This document shows, piece by piece, positions 12,551 to 24,971 of a stretch of 64,000 nucleotides of DNA. Made by a program: the position numbers and the translations under genes. The stretch is taken from positions 1,426,001-1,490,000 of the forward strand of contig NC_134036.1 of assembly GCF_964204645.1 (NCBI RefSeq), in the 5' to 3' direction. Positions within the stretch are counted from its first letter, which is position 1; each line of letters opens with the position of its first letter. The notes beneath the pieces were generated by a model. It ran no database searches. It was not told the DNA's origin and was given only the letters and a program-made list of their open reading frames with translations. Origin of the DNA: Tubulanus polymorphus. Taxonomy: Eukaryota; Animalia; Nemertea.

Positions 12551-13772
12551 AATTATGATTCGAAATGCTGAAGAAAGGCAAACAATCAGAAAAGGGAATC
12601 TGAGTAAAGGCACCTGAGTAAAGGACATAAAGATTAACGTACTTTTCGTATTGAGGAACCTTAGGTCTACTCCAGAAACTGTCCGGTTTTATTGTGTTTA
12701 TGTTTACGATTACTTTTTTGTTCATGAATTATATTCATATATAATTTATATATCAGCTATCTAATTATGTATCTATAAAACTGAGTGTTGTCTTACGTTA
12801 TAATTTCAATGTAAATAAAGATATATTCAGATACTTTTCAAAAGAAATAGATTTCAATATAAAGATGATTTATGTAATTATCACTGTTAATTAGATATTC
12901 TTAGTTAATATCATCACTCATATTTGTAATCACCGCGTTCACATCGTGTATCATCCACTTCCTTCCCTCACTGTTATCCACCTATCCACCTAATATACAT
13001 ATACACTAGTAAAAGCGAAAACTCGTAATTTCTAGTGTAAAATAAACATAACTACTGACAGTAAGTTACCGTAAAATAATTCACAATGACAATGTAATTG
13101 TACTGTGATTATCAATTCAGTCACTCTTAATTAATTATCTTTAATTAATCTAATTACTCATAATTTTCATCCGGTAAAGTTTCTACTATACATGTTATAA
13201 TATATCTGCCGATATAGTATTTTTTTGTTGAAACTTTCGAGCCATGCATATAGTCTATCATATTACATATATATCTGTTTTTATATCAGTGCTTGTTTAT
13301 CAGATGTTAATGATTATTATTATTTCTCTTTCTCACTTTGTTATATGTATGTAGAAATGTCAGTCACAAACAGTGCAATTGTTTATACTGAATAAATATT
13401 TGAATTTGAATTGTATTACACTAGTAGCTAAAGCTCGTAATTTCTAGTATAAAATCAAGTTAACTACTGACAGTTAGTTGTTACCTGCTTTCACGTTTAT
13501 TGATTATACACCCAGTCCTTATATAAATATAACTGATTATTTCAATTTCACAATGAACTCGAATATTGTACATAATCTAGAATAAAATATATAGATTTTC
13601 CTGATTTGATTGTGTTTGTTTTTGTGTTTTCTGTTTTGTTTTTGTCTTGTTTTACGATTGAAGATTCTGGGTTCCTTCAGGTTTTATATCTTATTTGTCA
13701 TGAAAATAAACAACTTTCTGCTGCCCTGCGACTCGATCACACCTATAGGGGGCAGAGGGGTTTACTTGAAGT

Positions 13773-13922
13773 GGGGTTGTTGCCGCTACGTGGCAGCACA
13801 ATACGGCTTTTTCGAATTCCAGCAAATCATACGAATGACGTTTAAATTTCGTTTACAGGCTAAGCCTTAAATGGAAAACTTAATATAAATGCCACTAGCA
13901 AATAACTACAAAAGAAAACATC
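13773..13922. mobile_element. Truncated MITE (left arm only); also at about 26194-26343
   Basis: Matches the left TIR and interior of the complete element at 43998-44260, then breaks at 'gaaaacatc'. Confidence 0.75.
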
Positions 13923-15445
13923 AATTCAGTCACTCTTAATTAATTATCTTTAATTAATCTAATTACTCATAATTTTCATCCGGTAAAGTTTCTACAATAC
14001 ATATATTACACTAGTAGCTAAAACTCGTAATTTCTAGTATAAAATCAAGTTAACTACTGACAGTTAGTTGTTACCTGTCGTCACGTTTATTGATTATACT
14101 CACAGTCCTTATATAAATATAACTGATTATTTTACTTTCATAATGAACTCGAATATTGTACATGATCTAGGATAAAATATGTAGATTTTACTGATTTGAA
14201 TTTGATGTTTATTTTTGCACTTAATGTTTTTATTTTTGTCTTGTTTAACAAAAGAAAATTCATTTCCGGAAATACATTCGGTGCTTTCTGTTTTGTTTTG
14301 TTTTGTTCTTGATTCGTTTTACAAAAGGAAAGTCTTTCATGAACTCATAGATTTACTTTAAATAGTTTACCAAAAAGTCATCTTTTTCTGAAGTTGAACA
14401 AAAGACATGATTAGCCATTTTTGAAATTTCAACAATATGATTCATATGATAAACATTGGTAACAATGAATTTAGTTTATTAGGAATGGAGTATTCTTTTG
14501 TGGTTGGATCAACACAAAATAATCACGGAGATTATAAAGCACGTAATGACTTACGATTCCGGGGGTCAGTTGGTTAGAGTTAATCAGTGGATCTTTGACC
14601 AACTTTTGAGCATTTGTGGCTCATTACATGCTTTAGAATATTGTGGTGATTTTTTGTTGTCAAGTTAAGACATTCTATTCTGATATCGCACTACGTGTAT
14701 TCACGAAGATTTACAGCGCGATTTACAAAATAAAACATCACGTATCAAAAACTTCCGAATGAAAATAATTTCTAAACTACATAAAAATCATTCAAATGGT
14801 TGTCTGTACTTCATAATGCAAGGTTTCTCATCTTGTTGACTGTAATAAGAGTAACGAACTGCACACGTTTGACGCCCAATGTTCATTTGCCCATTTAACT
14901 TTTTCCAATAATTTTCCAACAATTTTCTTCGTAATAAAACATATCTATCTTGAAAAGTGGAAGTTGTCGCAGAGTTTTTCACTGATCGCCGTTCAGACAC
15001 GTCTTCCTTTGAACGACGAAGTTTTCTGTTTCAAACATAAAATACGTAAATCGCAATTTACTTCCTGGTAGACCGGTAGGTGACGCTTTCGCGGATTTCA
15101 CACAGATGCGACGCATACATTCATTTAACACCGTGCACCTTTTATATTGTCAGTTATATAATACACTCCTGAATAGGAAGACGTTTTTTTTTTAGACTCA
15201 TGTGACCGAACGTTCAAGTATTATACATCAGAAAGCAGTTTGCTCGTACATTGTAACATCGTTTTGCGGCGTTAAAATCTACTTTCTTAAGGTTTATTTT
15301 CGCTCTGCTATTGTTTTTATTAGCGTTACGAAGGTCAAGTATCTCCATCGCTAAAGGTAAGAAAAACTAATTCTATTCTATCATCTTTTCGTTTTTTTAT
15401 TATGTTTATACAATTCACTATAGTTAGGCTGATATAGAATATTTA

Positions 15446-15632
15446 TACTCTGTTTCTCCTAATCGGCTGAGCGTCACATTCGTAAAACATGATGAAATTT
15501 GTAATCAGTTCATTTCTATAACTGTCGGGTCTGTTATTGTTAGATTGATCATGATTTAAAACAAAAATAGTCATGTACAGGGTAGATAGACGGTCAATTT
15601 ATGAGCTCAGTAGAAATTTGAGAAACAAGGTA
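15446..15632. mobile_element. About 190-bp MITE family with (TA)CCTTGTTTCTC...GAGAAACAAGG(TA) terminal inverted repeats
   Basis: Short TIRs and a shared core 'gtaatcagttcatttctataactgtcgggtctgttattgttag'. Further full or partial copies at about 27858-28042, 55424-55660, 56706-56810, 57214-57408, 58045-58347, 58676-58748, 63236-63370, in both orientations. Confidence 0.7.
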
Positions 15633-16620
15633 ACAATTTTTGTAGCCTAAAATGCGAATCTTTGTAGATAGATCTTTACTGAAAGGAGGGGTATAGACCA
15701 CGGACTTTAAATTAACTTAGGTTAAGCTCAGCAGAAATGAGAAACAAGGTACGAATTTTTAGCCAGTGTAAATTAAAGCTTATTCGGTTGACCCAGTTTT
15801 TTATTTCCAATTGTTGAAGTTTCTGAAAAAGCTTGTCTGGTAGGCTATCATAGAACCGAAGGTACATGTATTCTATCATAGTGATTACATATGGCCAATG
15901 GGTTCGTTTTCCCCGTTAACGATCCTAAACTGACCACTAGTAGCCCCTAGACATCACAGTGTTATCATCCATGATATTTGTTTGTATACTATTTCTATTA
16001 AAGGCTTTGTGCGGTTACAGTATGTATAGGAAGGTAAGGATTAGCACCGACATTTTGTGGGTCGATTCAGACTCTGAATTCAGTTTTCATTGGTTTAAGT
16101 GACAGTGGCAGTTAAGGACCACCATACCGGTATTGTTGATAATAGTTAATTCTCAGAGGCAGCATATTAATAGTTTTGGAAACACTGATACGTGCGTTTA
16201 GTTAATATAATCCTGAAGCCGGGTCGTGCTACAGATTTAATTCTACATGCTCATAATCTCGATCGCGGTTTAACTGTTTACAAAACGGACTAGAATATCA
16301 AACGTCTTGTCCACTCACAGCGGTACCTGCGATATATTCTAAATCAGTGTTCATCTTCATTACAGAAGTGTTTGCCAATGATGTCGGTGTTGTTGCTAAT
16401 GACGCAGTGCACAGGAATATATGGTAAATAAAATCTACTAGGTTTTCGCAATGTCGTTTGGGAAATGGCAAACGGCTATCTTAGAATTTCCACTTGTAAA
16501 TTGGTAATTTTGTTAATTGTTTGTTAATTATTTCTAGGACAGCAGCAGAACTGTATAGTATTGCTGTGTGCGTTGGGCTTTACAAAGCAAATCCATGTCA
16601 GTAGTGATATCTATTTTCAG

Positions 16621-16897
16621 TTCCACCCGAATTCATTGTGCTGACTGAATTTCCAAACGGTCAAGTTGTCCAAGGCACATCGAAAACTCTGACATGTAAA
16701 ACTGACTCCAGTAACCCAGAGTTTTCAATTGTCTGGGCGTACAGATATGGACAAATGTTTCACACAACCCTGCAATCAATCATAAACCTGGACCTCACAG
16801 TGGACGGGTATCTACTAGTAGTTTGGTAGTTACAACCGATAAGGATAAAAATGGGAGGCAATACAGATGTACTGATATATATATATTAAGGAAGTAA
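16621..16897 (+). pseudogene. Ig-domain exon remnant of the Ig-TM gene (13-nt frameshift; about 1.95-kb deletion fuses it to the gene's last exon)
   Basis: VPPEFIVLTEFPNGQVVQGTSKTLTCKTDSSNPEFSIVWAYRY... then frameshift, ...NGRQYRC. After 'agatgtactg' the sequence jumps via 'atatatatatatt' to 'aaggaagtaatgatagg' (equivalent to 719 and 31168). Confidence 0.8.
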
Positions 16898-17263
16898 TGA
16901 TAGGATAAAATGATTCATGATTTTAATTGGTAATCAATTAGCTCTGTGGTATGTACTTATTCAGCTGATGCCTATTTTGTCTGATACGGGGAAAATCAAT
17001 GGTTTGTCTCATTTTACACGAAAGGGGTGTCATGTCTATCGTGCTAAGGATTTAAGTGGAGTTAATCCGTTAACACTATGAATTAAACTGTTTTTTTTTC
17101 ATGTTTTGATAATTTGTTCTTTTTACTTATCAAAGATTTTTTCTTTTATTTATTTTTTTCCTACTCAGGTAACGGTGACCCTTGATGTTCTGTTCTGGCC
17201 TCCTTCCTAACCTCCCCCTCAGATATGTGAGCGATATCATATTGCGTCATTCAGACAGACAAA

Positions 17264-20200
17264 ATGTACCGTGAAAGAAACATCGTTCGTTTTCTGCTGT
17301 TGTTGATTCTATGTTTATTCATCACAAACACATCAGGTGAGTTAATCAATAATCGTTGGTTCCAGAGCTGTAAAAAATGCGGAAATCGTAAATTGTACGA
17401 TTTCAATCCATAAGAGAGCACCGATGATAACCAGAGAAAGAAGAGAATTATTGTTGGAGAACAGCATTTGGAGAATATTTTTGTAAAATAATCTTCTTTT
17501 TGTCATTTCAGCGAAATGTTTTGGGAAGAGTTGTACTGGTTGGTTGTGTCATTGCAGTAATACAGCCGTGGACCAATGTCCAATCAACGGATATATAGAT
17601 GGCGCTTTAACGTGTCCAAATCCTAACACTGCATGTGAGTCTACAATAAGAACTCCGTATCCCTGGACACCACCAGGATGGGCCGGACCAGCTTGTCAAA
17701 TCGGTCAGTTTTCTGTTTTTGCTCCAGTAAACCGGGGTCAGGTCAAATATCACTGAACCTCGGATTTATATCAGATTTACGGATTAACTCCATGAAAGCC
17801 TTTACAAAAATAAATCTAAAAGAAATACGAATGAATGTTGTAAATTTCATTAGATTTATCTCAGATTAACGGAATAACACTAACACTAATCCGTATACGG
17901 ATTAACGTCACTAATCCATATACGGATTAACGTCACTAATCCATAAGCGGGAAAAAATCTATTAGTAAAAATATCATAGATTTATGAAACATCCGGGAAC
18001 TGTCGACGAACTGAGATCAACTCTAATTATTTCATCGCGTAAAGAAAAAAATGTTAGTTTTGTTAAATTCTAGTTGAAATTGTGAAATAACTTTGAATCA
18101 ATTTGTTTTTGTTCGTTTTGAAAATTCGTGAAATAATTCAAATCTTTTATTCACAAAATGTGTTTTGTAGGTAACGTGGCTCGTGGTAAAACAGTTAACA
18201 TGTCATCCACTTACTATGAGTTGTTACCCGGTAGTAAATGTACAGATGGTCAGACGGTCACTGGGATGGCTAGTGATCATGTATGTCACACTGAAGCGGA
18301 ACAAAATGCTTGGATTAGAATTGATCTCGGAACTCAATACGTGGTACATGAAGTTACACTTTGGGATAGAACAGACGGGATTGGTTGCACCGCTGAGTGG
18401 CGTGAGTACAAATTATCATTTTTGATTATTTCATTGATTATTTCGGTCAAATCTGAAAAAATAGAACTTTTAACTGGAAAAGTCTCGTTAGATATAAATT
18501 CGGTCTAGTAGATGAAATATCTTCAAAATCAACCAATTAATGATCGATTCTAGGAATCACAAATAAATATCCCGGACTCAGTTCCACACAGTTTTCAGTT
18601 ACCCTACGTTTAACCAAGATGAGTTGAAATATTGAACTCTACCGAAATATCGAACTCTGAGTCATCAATAATCAATAATATCAAACAGTACGACAACAAT
18701 GTGTCTGTGGTATCCATGGAAGACAACATCGTAAAAAATACGTTATTGGAAAATTTTGAATCAACTTTTTCAACGTGTCAACATTTTCAGTCGATAACAA
18801 TAAATTTGTGTTAGGGGCCGTGCGCCTGTCGAAAACAATTAATTTATTTTTATATTTCTTCTTCTAAAGAATTTGAATAGAATTGTCTTGCACCCAAAGC
18901 AATCTTCAGCTTCCCTGATTTCGTGCATTATTTTCTATTTTCATGGAGTAATCTGTCATATTTCAAAGCTCCTTAATCTTTTCTCAGAAAAACGCACGCG
19001 CAACCTGGAGATTCGAGTCGGAAATAGCCCGAGTATTTTTACATCTAACCAGAAATGTGCTTACCAGGGCCCCGCTCTCTGTGGAACACATAAAACATTA
19101 GCATGCAGCCCAGGTCCTATAGTTGGACAATACGTCACCGTTCAACACAAGAACATTGGTAAGGCAGAGTATCTCCACCTGGTAGAAATAGAAGTTATTG
19201 GGTTCAAATATATCGGTAAGTTTTACATGACTATATATATGTGTAAACTATAAAGAGTATGGAAATGGATTTTGCTTTTCTCGAAAATATTCAGTGACTT
19301 GTATATAGAATTTACCCCCGAACGAAAAATTTTGAAATGAAAAGAAGTCTCCCTTTATTACCAAAATTTTGTTTTAAGCACCCATGCATTTAAGGATTAT
19401 ATTATTGTTAAAATTAGATCGATTCATAAAAATATTCATTGACTTGTAATGAGAATATATTTCCGAAAGATCAAACGATTCATATTTTTCGTATCAATTT
19501 TGAATTTCTGTTTAGCACCCGGTGCTTGTAGTAAGGGATCGAACTCATTTGGATGTATGATTGAATGTTATCCGTGTTTCGACAACAGTGAAAGTTGTAA
19601 CTATTTGAGTGGTATCTGTGAATCTGGCTGTTCACAGAATTACATCGGAAAGTGGTGCGAGTCAGGTATATTACACTGAATCATAGATTCCTGGGAATCT
19701 CACGCCCTATTCCCTGAATATAGTAACCAATATGAATCGCAAAAGACCGAATATCCATGAACTTCAATACAGATCAATTTTCTTTTTCAGAATTTAAGTT
19801 ATTTTCTCAATTAAGAAAATCTACGCTGACAGATAACAGTGTAAGAGTCAGTTGGACAGCTTACTCGGGTTCTGTAGTAGATTCAGGACGTGGTACTGTC
19901 AGCGTTCAGTATCAAGTCGTTTATCGTAAGATATCAGAAAACACTTGGACTAATCAGGAAACTGCAGGAGTCCTTACACATCACACAGTTACTGGTTTAA
20001 CTCCTAATACCGAGTATAAGATAGCTGTTAGTCTACAGAAATTAGTGAACAGTAAACTTATATCAACTGCGAGTCAGACTAGTCCAATACTAACTATACA
20101 GACTTTGTGTGCAGGTAAAAACCCCTCATTCTTATAAACTCTAAATCATCAATTCAAACACAGAATTGTGTTGAACATGTTTGTTCTACTGTAGGTCCAT

Positions 20201-23200
20201 TTAAAATGCTATTAGTTGTCGTCATCAAGTAGATGTAAATTCGTATTTTATAAGTAATTTGTCTGTTGCATATATTTCAGTACCAGGACCTCCCGCTTCT
20301 CTCGACTTCTCATTCACAAAGGATACATTGAAAACTACATTGATATGGACAGCACCAAACAGTCCAAATTGTGATCTCATCAATTATCGGGTAGGAATTC
20401 TCTTGTCCTGACCAGTAGAGGGTACCACCCGCGCCATACTGTAACGTGTCTCCTATCTATTTTCAGCTCACGTGTGAACCCATTAGTACAACTTCCACAA
20501 CACCTTTATCAGAGATAAAAACATTCAACAAACCTAAAATCAAAGGCTCCGTCACAACTTTAGACATAACGACGTCACTGATACCTTTTACTCAATACAA
20601 ATGTTCAATTTATGCCTGGAATAGTAGAGGCGAAGGCTCGCCTGCCAGTGTTAGCTTTTGGACAGGTTTGTAATTTGACCACAACGACCTCAAATTTCCA
20701 CTGATGTCATCGATGTCAACATTGTCTGTATCGATATTTCAGGTAAAATAACCATTCCTCAACTGGTTGTCAAGAAGACAGCGGTAACAGACGCGACTGT
20801 TACACTTCAAATAACACGTGTTAACACTGGTAACATTACGTAAGTGTCCTCCATACATTTATCCATAAATAACGCATGATTTTTTTAAACTGGATATTCT
20901 CTGATTTTCAGCGATTACGAGGTCATCGTGAAGAAACATGATGGACCAATCAACCGTCGCCGGAAGCGTGCAGTCAGCCAATCACAGTACGTCTCGTACG
21001 AAGAAGCTAAACAGCGAGGATTATCAGTTTATATTACTGCAGTTCTACCACCGGAAGTGCCCTCTGAGTTTACAGTTGGTGATACGCGTAACTATAGTGG
21101 TTACTTTAATGCTCCTCTAGAAACTGGGAAATCATACAGTTTTATTTTAGGAATCGTTGTCAATTATAACGGAGTGAGTTCATCTAGTGTTTCAAAGCAA
21201 ATTGTAGTTTCCAATTTGGAGGTGATTCCAGCCATTTCTTTTTGATCTTTCAGGAAACGTTTCGGCATTATCCACCAATAGAACAACAGCAAGAGAGAAT
21301 CATTGTTAAAGCACCGTCTAGTAAGGCATGGATAATAGGTGGCGTTGTTGCAGCTGTTCTTATACTGTTATTGGTTGCTGTTGCTCTATATATTGTTTGG
21401 AGGTACGAGTAAATAGTGGCGACCTCTAAAGTCCAATGCAAATCATTTGACAATAGCCCAATGTCCCTACTCTCACAAAGGTTCCCCCTCATTCAGTTAC
21501 CCACTATATGGACGCTTTAACTTTTCAGACGCGGTGGATTCAAAACTAAACAAACATCGAACAATGCAGAAATATCCATGGGGAATATTTCACCTTCTGA
21601 TAAACGTATTGAAATACCTTTGGCGAGAGAAGAAGCAGAGGCTGTTTATGAGAATTGTCCTAAATCATCGAGACAAGAAAATACAGCTAGTGCAAATTCT
21701 GCATTTTCAAGAGGTTTGTCTCAAGACCGTGAGGTTTTGGAAAGTTGAAGCCTAATAATGTTTTAAAACTATGATTCCTGTCTATATAGAAAGCTCCGCG
21801 TATTTCAATATCTATGACGATCCGAATGCTGTATGCGAAACGCCAGATGGCGAGGATCGTCATAACGAAATCGCTTCTAAAGGCGCTACTATGATTTGTG
21901 ACCTGTTGGGAGATACTTTGATGAAAACCTCTGATGAGTGGAAGAATATGAATGAAGAATTTCAGGTAAAATTGCAGGGAGGTTGTGACTACGCGTCGGT
22001 AAGAGATGTGATTATTTTTTGGATCTATTTTATCTGTAGAGTGTTCTCAAGTTGAGACGTGGATTGAGCGCCTGCGCTGAGAAAGTGGAAAATCTTGAGA
22101 AAAACAGGTTTCCAAACATATTGGCCTGTAAGTATTGCCTGGTCATTATATAGACATGAGTTCTGTCGTAAATACAAGAGTTGCCTTGTGAAACATCTCT
22201 ATTGAGTTTCATTGACTTTGAGTGGTTTTTTCTAGATGATTCGACTAGAGTTGTTCTGGAACAAATCGGTGAAGATCCAACATCAGATTACATCAATGCC
22301 AATTATATTCGGGTGATAAATCAATCCCTCTCTGCTCTTGAAAATGTTGCCACGTCCTCCTATTGTATATAAACGGAAATTCTGAATTTAATTTTCAGGG
22401 ACTAACTGGTCATGTAATATGTATTGCTTGCCAGGGTAAGTCTCATGATTCAATTGTTTCGTGTTACTTGTGCGCTCACTCATCTAACTTGCTCTTTCAG
22501 CTCCATTGCTATCTACAATCAATGACCATTGGCGGATGATTTGGCAAGAGAAATGTCCGGCTATTATTGTACTCACTGCTCTGACTGAAGGACAAGGCAA
22601 AGATAAGAAGGTTGCAAAAATACTCTAAGATGCTGAAGCGTAAACAGGCAAAATGTAGAAAAATAAGTACCGTTGATTTTTAACTTGCAGGTGAAGTATC
22701 ATTTATATTGGCCAACAAAACTGAACACGAAAGGTCGATATGGAGATATAACAGTAAAAGTTGCAAAGAAAATGGAAAAACACACTGAGCCTCCGGCTGC
22801 CGTACATTTCTTGTCCATTACAAAGGTAATGATCATGTCATTGCTTTATCATGAGTGACCTAGTGTTGGTATTTCTGCTAACTATAAGCTTGGTTCAGAT
22901 ATCGATTTTAATAGACTCTCCCGATAAGTAACATTTCATTTATTTTATAGCGTGGCCACAAACAAGCACATAATCTATTAGTGTTTCACTATCGAGGATG
23001 GCCGGATCATGGTGTACCGTTCCCGGCTTTATCTGTTGTTCGTATGCAACAGTTCATCAAACAGCGTCTTACCGACCCGGATCAGGGACTTGTGCTGGTT
23101 CATGGCAGGTAAATTAATTCGAAAATCTTCCAGTCCTTTACCGTTAAGGACACGTTTAGATATGTTATTGTTTGTGTTCTCAGTGCTGGTGCTGGAAGGA

Positions 23201-24971
23201 CGGGTTGTTATATCGCAACGGAGCAGCTTCTTGAGAAAGCCAAGAAAGATGGACTCGTTAACGTATTCGACATGTTTAGGAAATTACGACAACAAAGACC
23301 AGAAATGATCCAAAATATGGTAAATCTTAATAAAGTTACTGCCTCTCATTTCACGTTTCCAAAATGGAAAACTTCAACGTGTTCCTTTATTACTATCTAC
23401 TGCAGAAACAGTACATTCTCGTGCACCAGATTCTACTGGAGGAACTGGTACTGGGACCGGTGGCATACACGACCACGAGTTTCAGAGAATTATACGAGGA
23501 AAGAAAGGCAACGCGTCCCGTATCTAGAAACGTGTCTGATAAAATAGAGGAACAATTTCTTGTACGTATTAAGATCAGCCAAAATGAGATGAAGGGTTTT
23601 GGATAACAAACAGATGGCAGCAATGAATCCATTGACCCAGATAAACTAGATTTCAATTTTTTTCCTTGGTTTGGTTTTGAAGAAAATAATTACCCAATGC
23701 GTTGTTTTCTGATGCAGGTTTTGAAGGCATCGACTCCGATTCAGGACGAGGAATCACTAGCAGTGGCCAAACTACTCAACAATGTTAACAAGTCCCGATA
23801 CAAAGACATCCTTCCCGAGGCACAGTATCAACCGCAACTCTCACATAAAGGGTTCATCAATGCTTCATTTGTGCACGTGAGTTTGATTCTGAATTAATAG
23901 CTGTCCGTGGAATATCTGGTGGAGGGGGGCATTAAGCCTCGATAATCTTCAGTTGAGATATCGATAAGTTATAAGAATCTGATTGAAATACTTTCCTTTT
24001 TACAGACGATCACAGATAAAAACGTGTTTATAGCAACACAAAGTCCAATGGCAAATACTATTACTGACTTCTGGCAAATGATCTTTGACTATAACTGTGA
24101 AATTATTGTGATGATGCATCAAGAATATCCACAAGATCCGGTAAGGTGTATTCCTAGTCTAGCATCTAGTATACATAGGTCTGCTTTGTAGGTATCTTTT
24201 CCAGAATACATCTTCTGATTTTGGACATATGCAAGTTACTGGCCTGCAGCTGGAAGCATCAAATGCAGTCCTTTTACAATCACTGTGGAGGAAGTTTCAT
24301 TGCTCTGTAAGACCATCGTTCGCCGGGATTTGATCCTCAAAAAACAGAATGTATGTTGAGTTGTTTCGGTAGCTACTGTACAGAGAAATATGGCTGCATT
24401 TTTCGGAATTTCCTTCGACATTGCTATTTACTATGACCTGATCAGATCAATTGTATTTCTTTGATTTCACAGGAATCGCATCAGATTCGTCAGATCCAGT
24501 TTTTAGGATGGCCTGAGGATGAGTCGGTTCCTAATTTACAACATCTATTCGAGTTTGTGAATCTAGTTACAAGAGAACACGTGACCAGTCCTATTGTTGT
24601 ACATTGCATGTTCGTATCTTAGCAACATCAGTCAATTATTCAAAACAATATCACATATTCTATCGATTATGCAAATTTTACAGGGACAGCACAACGAGAG
24701 CAGGGTTATTTTGTGCGGCATTTGAACTGATCACCAAGGCGCCATCTAGCGAACAAATCGATATTTATCACTGTATACAAAAACTACGAATGACTCGACC
24801 TCAATTCATTCCAAATTTGGTAAGAAATTAATCGATTTTCTTTGTATTTTCACGATTTATTTTATTGATGTATTTTTCTTGTTTTCGTATTCATAGGAAC
24901 AGTACAAGTTTCTACACGATCTGGTGATATTCTATTTACAAGGATTCGACACTTATGTGAACCTTAGTTAG
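17264..24971 (+). CDS. FTLD-EGF-FN3 receptor-type PTP (pseudo)phosphatase, copy B (single lectin module, 27 exons, about 1350 aa)
   Basis: Signal 17264-17336; Cys-rich 17512-17703; FTLD 18171-18401+18988-19215; EGF 19516-19665; FN3 19791-20114, 20281-20390, 20467-20665, 20743-20839, 20912-21173; TM 21254-21402; JM 21529-21713, 21790-21965; D1 from 22040 (CAT GGC AG at 23101-23108); last exon 24897-24971. No frameshift seen. Confidence 0.86.

Noticed and set aside
13606-13870. Hydrophobic ORFs repeated at 26027 and 43836
   Set aside because: T-rich 3' flank running into a MITE; the frame differs between copies.
16150-16430. Possible additional upstream exons of the Ig gene
   Set aside because: Splice-like sites exist, but no recognisable domain or consistent frame between the two copies.
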